Of a stretch of 64,000 bases of DNA, positions 12,881-23,292 are shown one piece after another; position 1 is the stretch's first letter; each line of letters opens with the position of its first letter. The stretch comes from Leucoraja erinacea (taxonomy: Eukaryota). The stretch spans positions 29,388,001-29,452,000 of the forward strand of contig NC_073400.1 of the NCBI RefSeq assembly GCF_028641065.1. The letters run 5' to 3'. Under the pieces are notes generated by a model. The model saw nothing but the letters and a program-made list of their open reading frames with translations. It did not search any database and had not been told where the DNA came from. A program made the translations under genes and the position numbers.

Positions 12881-15800
12881 CTGCAAAAGACAATGTGAAG
12901 TCATCAGACTAATTGACGCTGGGAACCAAAGATCCACAGGGTCTTTGCTGGGAGCCACGGTTTGTTTCACCTGACCGCTCGCAACACAATGCTGCCTGGA
13001 AGATCGATCCCAGCCAACCCACCTCAAGCACAGAAATCCACCCTGAAGGCATACAACCTGACAAAACGTGTGATATCATCTGCGGAGAGCTTTGGTTTGA
13101 CTTCAACATATGAAAAGGAGCACTGTTCTTGTTTGTGTCATTGGACAGGGCAATTGAAATCATTAATTAATTAAACCGTTTTCCGATACATTCGGCGGCG
13201 AGGAGCAATCTCTTTGGTCAGAGTGTGGCGATTCTGTGGAATTCATTGCCACAGAAGGCCGAGGAGGCCAAGTCAATTATCTCCAGAAATGCTGCTTGTC
13301 CCCCTGAGTCACTCCAGCATTTTGTTTCTGTCCAAGTCAATGGATATTTTTAAGGCAGAGATTGAGATTCTTTTGATAAGTACGGGTGTCTGGGGTTATG
13401 AGGTAAGGGCAGGAGAACGGGATTGAGATGTAAAGGTAGATCAGCCGTGATTGAATGGCGCACTAGACTTGATGGGCTGAATGGTCTAATTCTGCTCCGA
13501 TAATTTATGAACCCGAATATCTGACAATAAAACCTACCTCAGTGCCGCCTGTGAACAACGCGATTGAGATCCTCCAGATCACAAGCAGGAGAAAGAGCAC
13601 CCAGCGCCCCACTTTCCATGAGATGTAACTGGGCAAAGGGCAAGAAATACAGAGTCAATGGGAGGAAACGAGACGGTTTATCTTTGAAACATTTACCTGC
13701 TATTTACGTCCTAACCTTAGTGGAGTGAAGCGGGGAGAAACAGCAGAGCCAATGGAGATCAGCTGTGAGTAAGAACTGAGGGGGGTGGTTGGACTGAGAG
13801 GGGGGGGGGGGGAGGGGGGGGAGGGGGGGGGCGATTCAGAAAAACACAGAGAAACCATACATGAGGGCGTAGGCGTGAAACCAATGAATACAGTGCAATT
13901 CCTTGGGAGAAAGAAGGCGCAGCGGAAAGGAAGAGTATAATAAAATCCACATGGGTGGACATGAACATTAACGATGACTAATGGTGGAGGGGAGGCAAGG
14001 CAGGAAATGCAAAGAGATCAGGCCAATTAATAAAATGATTTAAACATAATAACGCTTGATCTCATATCACTCGATATTACTTGGATTAACGCGGTAGATG
14101 TTTGGATGGGGGAATCGAGTTCGGGTTGATGATCCTATCGCGCCCACACACATGAGGGAACCTCCAGTAACAGAACTTCCAGCCGATTGACCACCACAAT
14201 GACCACCCTGAACTATCAAACCCTCCATCACTTACCTTTGCCATTGACCTCAATGACCATGGTGCAGGTCCCGTCAGGGTTGGAGGTGACCACATTGACA
14301 ACCTCACTCAATATATTTCCTTGTGTATTTGAGGCTGCGCAGTAATATTGATGTAGTTGCGGTTTCAAGGACAGGCAATGCAGATCCAATGTATTGGTAT
14401 CTGACACCTTTGAATCCTCAGATGAGGTCCTCTCAAACCATGTGTATACAATGGGAAGAGATCCCTCGTGGGACTCACAGGACACTGATGCTGAACCCGC
14501 TAAACAGGAGACGTTGCCCGATGACTGGAATCCAAGTACAGGAACAGACACGGGTTCTGTTGGAAAGAATTACACATTGAGTAGACATCTGAAAAACAAT
14601 CCTTCTCCAAATTTGAAAACTTCTATATCTCAACCTGGACCCACCAGACTGGAACCTTACCAGCTTATCGACTGAAGAAGGGTCTCGACCCGAAAGGCCA
14701 CCTATTCCTTTTTCTCCAGAGATGGTGTCTACCCGCTGAGTCACTACAGTTTTTAGTATCTTTCATCTTATCTACCTCCCCGTGTCTCAGTATTGCTAAG
14801 ATGCCTGAATTGGGCATTAGATACCGTGTTATGGGAAATATGTTGTTGGCAGGACTCTAGGGTCTGAGCAATAGAGAGATTTTAAGGGGTAGGGGAAAAG
14901 ATTAATCGGAATTTTTGTAACTGGTAACTCTTTCAGATAAAGGGCGGTGGGTGTATGGAACGAACTTCCAGACGAGGTAGTCGAAGCAGGGACTATCACA
15001 ATGCTTAAGAAACAATTAGACAGGTACGTGGGTAGAAACAATATGCTGGATTAACTAAACGGGACAGGCAGCATCTCTGGATAGAAGGTGACGTTCCGGG
15101 TCGTGGTCCTTCTTCAGACTGTGTCAGGGGAGAGGGAGGCACAGAGATAAGGAAGAGGAATGTGTGAAAACGGGACATCAAAGCAGAAGGGCTCAAGGAC
15201 ATTGTAGAATAGATTATTGTTAGTAAGGAGAAGGTGGTAAAGAAATATGCAGAAAACATTTAATTGGGGGCAGTCGGACTCTCGGAGATAGAGGGAGAGA
15301 GAGAGAGACCGCGGGGTGGCGATGGGGTGACTGACCCGTGAATTGGGGACGGAGAGATTTAATAAGGTCATAGTTTCAAGGTGCAGAATTAGGCCATTCA
15401 GCCCATCATGTCAACCCCGCCATTCACAGTCATGGCTGATCTATTGTTCCCTCTTAACCCCATTCTCCTGCCTTCTCCACATAACCGCTTACACACTGGC
15501 CTGTTAACCTCCACCTTATAATATTCATTGGTTTGTGCTCCACAGCGGTCTGTGGGCAATGAATTCCTCAGATAGGTCACCTTCTGACTAAATAAATCCC
15601 TTCTGATCTTCTCTCTGAAGTACGTCCATTTATTCTCAGGCTATGGCCTCTGGCCCGAGTCTCTCGCACTAGTGGGAACATCATCTCCACGTCCACTCTA
15701 TCCAGGCCTTTCACTATACGGTAAGTATCAACTCAAGCGAGTAACGGCCCAGCGCTGTTAAACGCTCATTTGTTAACCCAACTTATTCCTGGGATCATTC

Positions 15801-18800
15801 TTGTAAACCTCCTCTGGCCCCTCTCCAGACCTAACACATCCTTCCTCAGATATGGTGCCTGGAACTGGTCATAACACTCCAAATAGAAACATAGAAAAAT
15901 AGGCGCAGGAGTAGGCCATTCGGCCCTTCAAGCCTGCACCGCCATTCAATATGGTCATGGCTGATCATCCAACTCAGTATCCAGTACCTGCCTTCTCTCC
16001 AAACCCCCTGATCCCTTTAGCCACAAGGGCCACATCTAATCCCCTGTTAAATATAGCCAATGAACTGGACTCAACTACTTTCTGTGGCAGAGAGTTCCAG
16101 AGATTCACCACTCTCTGTGTGAAAATGTCGTCTGACCAGCGCCTTATAGAGCCTCAGCATTACATCCATGTTTTTACATTCTATAAATAAATGCTAGCAT
16201 TGCATTCGCCTTCCTTACTACCGATTGGACTTGCAAATTAACAGTTCAGACGCAGGGAAATGTGTTAAGCATCCCACTTGAAGTGGGTGGCCGCTCAGTG
16301 GGACAGAGCACGCACTGGGTGAGAGCAACATGAGTGGGGTTTCCCGACCCCCGACCGCTCCCCGCAGGTCTCTGCACTGCTGCGGAGCCTCGGGATATCG
16401 GTGCTGCCCTGACCCTTCCCGGAGAAAACATGGATCAGGCATTTCAGTGGAGACGTCAAATCAATCGCTGAGAAACGTACCGTCAGATACTTTGAGATGT
16501 ACGTGAAACATTGCAATAATTCCACATCTGTACCGTCCTGTATCTCCAATCTGAAGATCCTCCACAGTCAAAGTAAATATTCCTCGTGCCGGGTTATCTG
16601 TGATTGACGCTCTTCCACTCCGTCCGCGTTGCCCATTCGTTTCCACCACATCTACACATTGGCGACTCTGCACACGGCACCAGTATTTTGTGTGTGTGCG
16701 GCACTCTGGTGCATAGTGACAATCGATTGTAATCGCTCTTCCCACAACTCCTCTTACATACGCCTTTCCCCACACTGCAGCTGAAACTGAAGGAGGGGAC
16801 TTTCAGAACTGAGAGGAACTGAACTGTTTCATGAAAGTTGATACATTTTGAAGATTAATGAAAGAAACCTTAAATGGTTCCATGATGTGTCATATTGCTT
16901 CACGGCCAATGTCTCCGCCCTGAAGTGCAGGCAGTGATGTTATTGAACCAGTTGTGTCAGTGTTCTGTCCCCGGGTCAGTACAATTTGGGTTCACTTCCC
17001 ACTCCAGATCCCTGAGCAGAAACTGGGCTGGGATCGCAGTGCGGTACTGAGGGAGCGCGGCAGTGTTGCAGGAGCTGCCTTTCAACAGCCCAAGCGGTGC
17101 CCGGCCTCTGATCCGACAGAAATACCCCACTTAGCTATATCATTGGCGGTGCCGCCGGCTGCGCCGCCAACATTCATCTCTCAACCGACTCTGGGCCGGA
17201 CCCGTGTTTAGATATTCACCGCCGCCATTGCCTTCAGAACGGCGAATAGGAAACACTTTGTCACACAGAGAGTTGTGAATCTGTGGAATTATATGCCTCA
17301 GAAGGTAGTGGAAGCAAATTATTTTGATGCTTACAATGGAGAATTAGATAGAGATCTTAGATTGCGGAGTCGGGGGATATGGGGAGAAGGCAGGAACCGG
17401 TTACTGATTGTGGATGATCAGCCATGATCACAGTGATTGGCGGTGCTGGCTCGAAGTGCGGAATGGCCTACTCCTGCACCTATTGTCTATTGTCTGTTCC
17501 TGGTGATGTCTGAACCACTGTCCTTTGGTACAGTTGTCTTGGAGTATATGCTCCAAATTTAGTCGCTATGTTATGCATATAAAGAATTCTTAGGGTTCAA
17601 TTTGACAATGTTGCAACAGTGCTTAAATTACTAACTTGGAGTCTGGAAATTCAGATGCGATCTCAGTTCCTACCATGATACATAGCGAGTTCGGATCCAT
17701 TGTATTAAATATTTCTAAGACTGGGAAACTTATAGCAGCAATGGTGACCATGAAGCCAGGAAATTATCACCCAACCCCATCTACCAGTCCTGCCCAGACT
17801 TGTTTACAAGCAGAGCCCCCACAACGAGCTTGGCTCTGAAGCGTCTTTCTGCAATGGCCCAGAAAGGAAAAAAAGCGAGATCAGTACAATAAATACTGGC
17901 TGTTTAAGAAGGAACTGCAGATGCTGGAAAATCGAAGGTACACAAAAATGCTGGAGAAACTCAGCGGGTGCAGCAGCATCTATTTGAGCGATGGAAATAG
18001 GCAACGTTTCGGCCCGAAACGTTGCCTATTTCCTTCGCTCATAGATGCTGCTGCACCCGCTGAGTTTCTCCAGCATTTTTGTGTACCTTCGATAAATACT
18101 GGCCTTGTGAGCCACACGCGTCCGGTGAAAATCAGTAACAAAACAATTAAATCTATTTGAATTCTAGAGCAAAATCGTTGATGTGCCATGTGGGTGAAAC
18201 GTACATCTCTACACGGTCAGAGGCAAAGGGCGTGTGGGAAATGATTCTAAATTTTAAGAGTAAAGGCAATCACGCCAGTCAGCTGTCGAGCAGAACCGTG
18301 GCATGATCTGAGGATCACAACGTGTTTTCCGCTTTTATAGAACTGAAGCCAATATGAACTTGAGAGAAAATATATCAGGGGCATTAGTTCCACAGAATCC
18401 AATGTGAGCGGGAGAAATTGTATCTGCGACATTAATTCCACAATTTCTGCCTTTCTGAAAATAAGGCTAGCAAAGAACATAGAAACGAAGAAACATAGAA
18501 AATGGGTGCAGGAGTAGGCCATTCGCTCCTTCGAGCCTGCACCGCCATTCAATATGATCATGGCTGATCATCCAACTCAGTGTCCTGTACCTGACGTCTC
18601 TCCATACCCTTTAGCCACAAGGGCCACATCTAACTCCCTCTTAAATATAGCCAATGAACTGGCCTCAACTACCCTCTGTGGCAGAGAGCTCCAGAGATTC
18701 ACCACTCTCTGTGTGGAAAATGTGCTTCTCAACTCGGTCCTAAAGGATTTCCCCTTTATCCTTAAACTGTGACCCCTTGTCCTGGACTTCCACAACATCG

Positions 18801-19446
18801 GGAACAATCTTCCTGCATCTAGCCTGTCCAACCGCTAAAGAATTTTGTAAGTTTCTATAAGATCCCTTCCTCAATCTTCTAAATACTAGCGAGTACAAGC
18901 CGAGTCTACCCAGTCTTTCTTTATATGAAAGTCCTGACATCCCAGGAATCAGTCTTTGAACCTTCTCTGTACTCCCGCTATGGCAAGAATGTATTTCCTC
19001 AGATTTGGAGACCAAAACTGTACGCAATACTCCAGGTGTGGTCTCACCAAGACCCTGTACAAGCGCAGTAGAACCTTCCTGCTCCTACACTCAAATCCTT
19101 TTGCCATGTTGCTCTTTCACGAAATAAAATGGTTTTCATTTCCCGGCCTTTGTAAGCCAAACTTCCTTTATATTACCAAATCCATTATGGCGTATGAAAG
19201 ACATGAAACAACAATGTATTCTGATTGAAAGGCATATTGGATAACATGAAATTCTGATCAAATAAATGACACTCCGACACCACAATGCACTGAGTTCCAT
19301 TGCCCCCATTATTTGCCTACACGTACGTAACCATCTCTGCTGTGGAAAGAGTACACGGAACCCCAAATAACATTGATTATTGGGATATTTAATTCTGGCT
19401 TTCACTCACCCGGCAGCGAGGAGATGAGAAGAATGGGAATCCACAT
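12746..19446 (-). CDS. Gene A: CD300/pIgR-like paralog lacking the stalk exon (secreted form or pseudogene)
   Basis: Exons 19410-19446, 16481-16786, 14236-14556, 13538-13628 and 12746-12880 are each open. The C2 exon ends in phase 1 and the TM exon starts in phase 2, and no EYSCE exon was found between them. Confidence 0.65.
13538..13628 (-). CDS. Gene A TM-type exon (YISWKVGRWVLFLLLVIWRISIALFTGGTE)
   Basis: 91-nt paralog of 23902-23992, with an extra Arg mid-helix. Confidence 0.75.
14236..14556 (-). CDS. Gene A C2/I-set Ig exon
   Basis: 321 nt; EPVSVPVLG ... QYYCAASN; donor G|gtaagt. Confidence 0.88.
16481..16786 (-). CDS. Gene A V-set Ig exon
   Basis: 306 nt; 8 nt differences from the gene B V exon by manual comparison. 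Confidence 0.9.
17901..18091. mobile_element. Palindromic Penelope-terminus/MER6-like element with a 12-bp TSD (duplicate at about 29332-29523)
   Basis: Hairpin of about 160 nt centred near 18012; flanked by ATAAATACTGGC at 17889-17900 and 18092-18103. Confidence 0.8.
18475..19107 (-). mobile_element. CR1 LINE 3' fragment in the gene A leader intron (paralog at 29913-30546)
   Basis: LVRPHLEYCVQFWSP ... RRLR; tail repeat. Confidence 0.9.
19410..19446 (-). CDS. Gene A leader exon (MWIPILLISSLP)
   Basis: ATG ... CCG G|gtgagt. Confidence 0.85.
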
Positions 19447-19549
19447 TATTTTATCCATAGTGGCAAGGCCAGCACTTGTCTGTCTGTCGCTCAGCTCTGA
19501 GCTCTCAGATACAACCGCATCTCTCTAATATCAACGGGGAAGATAGGAT

Positions 19550-19573
19550 CAGGAAGTCTGATCGTGAACCACA
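19550..19573 (-). promoter_or_regulatory. ETS (CAGGAAGT) plus RUNX (AACCACA) motif pair upstream of the gene A leader
   Basis: Same motifs and spacing at 30989-31012 and 56521-56544. Confidence 0.5.
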
Positions 19574-21459
19574 GCGAGCCAGCAGCAGCGCGACACGTTA
19601 CAGTGTGAAAGGCTCAGGGTTATATTTAACAAATGGTTGGGTCAGATTGTCACAGAGACATATAGCTCGGAGATAGGCACTTCTCCCCAACATGTTAGAC
19701 CAAGATGCTTATCTAGGTTAGTCAAAATTGCCCACGTTTGACCCATATCTCCCCAAACTCTTTCTATCTATGGGCCTGCCCAATTGTAATTCAGAGCTAA
19801 TACATTAGCAGAGTTGTGTTCATGAAAATATTATTTGCTGACTTTGTACATCTGTTTGTGATGATTAATTTAATTAATGTTTGCATGATAATATAACATG
19901 TCATCTGCTGCGGGCTACCGTTCTGGGTGTTTTACTTTCAGGGGAACGGTGCAGTTTATTCGGGTTGTGCACATCAGTGGCAATGTTGTGGTATCGGTGT
20001 AACCCAATGATGTGTCCGCCACTGATGTTAGTTGAGCGTTGGCGACCCTCAGTAAAGGGTCTTTTGGTTCGGAGCTATTTCCCGTTTCCTCTCCAAAACG
20101 CTGCAGACAGGAACCGACGATGCAGCAAAACAATTTATTTTAATCCTCGTCCTGCTTTGACCCAAGATTTCTGCAAAACACTGCTCAGCAAACATCGAGC
20201 TGCTCGCAAGACACGGTTCAGAGATACGAATCTACACACCCTTGTATCAGCAGCGCGAGCAAAGTGTCAGCACTGCAGAACAATTCAGTGTAAAGGAACA
20301 AATTAGTGTTTGAACATTTTTAATTAAAGTACATTCCAAGCCTGAACTGTCCTCTGAAAACAACGGTGCCTGTCCCGCTGAGTTGCTCCAGTATTTTGTG
20401 TCTATCTGTGGCATCTCAGACCGTTTACCTCTCACTATCAGTGAGGCACTTTGGGATGTCCTGCAGTGGGGAAAGGCTGTAATTCAAGATCATTTCTCCC
20501 ATTAGACCATTAACAAGCTCCATTTGAACGGGCCAGGCAGCATCAGTGTGACCACAGAATCTGCAAGTATCTCTGGCTATTCAGCACCCCTCGGGTATCC
20601 CTGACCTGGGGGTTTGTGAGTTCAAAGCAGCCTCTGGCCTCATTTCCTCGTCCCCCCGCTTACTGTGTGGAGAATATTTATCTTTGTCAGTGGGACATTT
20701 TACCCAAAGCAATCCTTGAGTCTATCCGAACTTTATGGCGGTTACTCCGTTATTGCAGGTCACCATTTCTTATTTCCAAACAAAATCCTTCACAGTTCTT
20801 TCATGGGCGGGGTTACAGTCACAAGTCAGACTAAGGAAAGCAACACAAGGTATTTGCCGTTTCACACCCCGCGCTTTGCAAGCTGCAACTCAACCATTTT
20901 GTTCTGCACAAGAATAGACTTTCAACTAGATTAGTTTAGTTCAGTTCAGCGAGGAAACAGGCCCTTCAGCCCACCGAGTCCACACTGACCAGCAATCCCC
21001 GCACATTAACACTACCCCACACACACTGGGGACAATTTACACTTATAACAAGCCAAATAACCTACATACCTGTACGTCTATGGAGTGTGGGAGGAAACGG
21101 AAGATATCGAAGAAAAACCCACGCGGTCACGGTAGAACGTACAAACTCCGTACAGACAGCACCCGTAGTCGGGATCGAACCCGGGTCTCCGGTCCTGTAA
21201 GCGCTGTAAGGCAGCAACTCCACCGTTGCGCCACCGTGGCCATTATCTATAGTCCTTTAACTCCTTTGTACGGTGGACAAACTGAATAACTCGTTGCAGC
21301 ATTAAAATATTTATCAATATTACTGTACCCCAAAGACGCGAAAGTGGGGTGATATAGAACCAGTGTGAAAGGGTTGATTGCTGGTTGACGTGGACTCGGT
21401 GGGCCAAATGGTCTGTATCCATGCTGTATCTCTCAATCACTTAATCAAAAAATCAAACA

Positions 21460-22190
21460 TGCTGGATTATCTCAACGGGACAGGCAACATCAAAGATCTT
21501 AGAGCAGAGCTCTGCTCTAAGATCTTTGGGCAGCATTACTGGATGAAAGGAATGGGTGACGTTTCGGTTCGAGACCCTTCTTCAGACTGAAGTCAGGGGA
21601 GAGGGAGATACTTGGATAAGGAATTGTGAGGTGTGGAAATGGGGCTAAGGGTATGCAGATCAAAGGAAACTGTAGAATGGATCATTGTTAGCTGGGAGAA
21701 GGTAACAACCAAGCGATTAGAGATAAAATGTTGTCCGAGACTGTCAGACCATCGGAGCACTGGGAAGGAAGGAGGGGTGGATTGAGACGGAAAGCAAGGT
21801 TGAAGTCAATGTTCACACCGCTGGGGTGTAAGCTGCCCAAGCGAAATAGGAGGTGCTGTTCCTCCAAGTTGCGCTGGGACTCCCTCTGACAATGGAGGAT
21901 GCCCAGGACAGAGATGTCAGTGTGGGAATGGGAGGGGGAGTTAAAGTGTTTAGCGACCGGGATATCAGGTTGGTTTAGACGGACTGAGCGGAGGTGTTGA
22001 GCGAAACGATCTCCGAGAGGCGCCAACAATCGCAGGCTCGGCAATAGTTTCGCTGAACACTGCAGCTCAGTCCTCCTAAACCTACCCGATCTATCCACAG
22101 ATGCCGCCTGTCCCACTGAGTTTTACCCCAGCAATTTATGTCTAACTTCAGTTTAAACCAGCATCTGCAGTTCCTTCCTACCTAAAAATG
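21460..22190 (-). mobile_element. Penelope-like retroelement fragment (GIY-YIG C-terminal part plus terminal repeat)
   Basis: LGDRFAQHLRSV ... VAKHFNSPSHSH ... EEQHLLFRLGSLHPSGVNIDF. Confidence 0.8.
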
Positions 22191-22461
22191 TGTTGCATTT
22201 AGGAAATTAAATCTGCAGATGTTGGATTTGCTTAGCGCGTCAGTCAGCATCTGTGGAGAGAAACATAAGGCTAATCGTCAAAACAATGTCGTTGCATAAT
22301 TTTGTTCAGATAGGATAGCTTGGTGTGAAAGATTAATTGGCTGCTTATCCTAAACGCCTTTAACGTTTGGCAACAGGAGGATTATCCAGCAATCTGCTCT
22401 TCATCACTAAAGTTCCAGTCTAAACAAAATAAATTTAGACAAACCATTTATCGACGAACAA

Positions 22462-22467
22462 TTTATT
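22462..22467 (-). terminator. Candidate polyadenylation signal, gene B
   Basis: AATAAA conserved across three paralogous 3' regions. Confidence 0.5.
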
Positions 22468-22767
22468 ATGAAGCATTCTGATGCATTATCATTCATTAAT
22501 CAGTGAAAAACATTTTTTCCATGAAGATGAATGCATAAAATATAGTTTAACAGAGTATAAGATGCTGGAGCAACGGAAAGCATGCAAAGGTTAAAACAAT
22601 AGTTCGAAGCTGACGAAAGAAACCTTGGAAAAGGTGGCAACAATTAAGATCATTGCGGGAAATGTGTTTTGGAAACACATATGGTTTGTAAAGTTTGGAA
22701 CATTGCTTTGAAGTCACTTTCATGAAATCATTAGTTGAATTGCAAGATACGTATATTCTATCCAATT

Positions 22768-23167
22768 GAAACCTCTTATAGAAACTTACAAAATTCTTAA
22801 GGGGTTGGACAGGCTAGATGCAGGAAGATTGCTCCCGATGTTGGTGAAGTCTAGGACAAGGGGTCACAGCTTAAGGATAAGGGGGAAATCCCTTAAAACC
22901 GAGATGAGAAGAACTTTTTTCACACAGAGAGTGGCGAATCTCTGGAACTCTCTGCCACAGAGGGTAGTCGAGGCCAGTTCATTGGCTATATTTAAGAGGG
23001 AGTTAGATGTGGCCCTTGTGGCTAAGGGGATCAGAGGGTATGGAGGGAAGGCAGGTACGGGATACTGAGTTGGATGATCAGCCATGATCATATTGAATGG
23101 CGGTGCAGGCTCGAAGGGCTGAATGGCATACTCCTGCGCCTAAATTCTATGTTTCTATGTTTCTATG
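22768..23167 (+). mobile_element. CR1 LINE 3' fragment in the predicted gene B 3' UTR
   Basis: LIETYKILKG ...; (TTTCTATG)n tail; absent at the homologous site in gene A. Confidence 0.9.
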
Positions 23168-23250
23168 ATATCAGTTGACAAAGCAGGATGATTAAAAAAT
23201 ATTTCATCGCGGTGCATAATTCCCTCACTGTTGGTGCAAGCTAGGTGTCT

Positions 23251-23292
23251 TCATTCGTGGGTCGAGTGGCGAGCTTCAGACTCATCGCGTCT
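23251..23292 (-). CDS. Gene B terminal coding exon (RRDESEARHSTHE*)
   Basis: tcttttgcag acceptor conserved in genes A, B and D; phase 0; no tyrosine motif. Confidence 0.72.
   Translation of the reverse strand, partial: RRDESEARHSTHE

Larger units (their letters stand above)
15562..19941. repeat. Segmental duplication copy 1 (about 4.4 kb; promoter, leader and V exon)
   Basis: Near-identical to 26998-31381, including shared TE insertions. Confidence 0.92.

Noticed and set aside
14228-14236. In-frame stop just after C2 donors as a dedicated secretory tail
   Set aside because: G|GTAAGT(A/G) at a phase-1 donor readily yields GK*; no independent support
16218-17211. Recurrent ORFs in GC-rich blocks flanking V exons (MFSPGRVRAA..., MSVFCPRVST...)
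   Set aside because: They recur only because the introns were co-duplicated; no recognisable domain, and some copies are frameshifted
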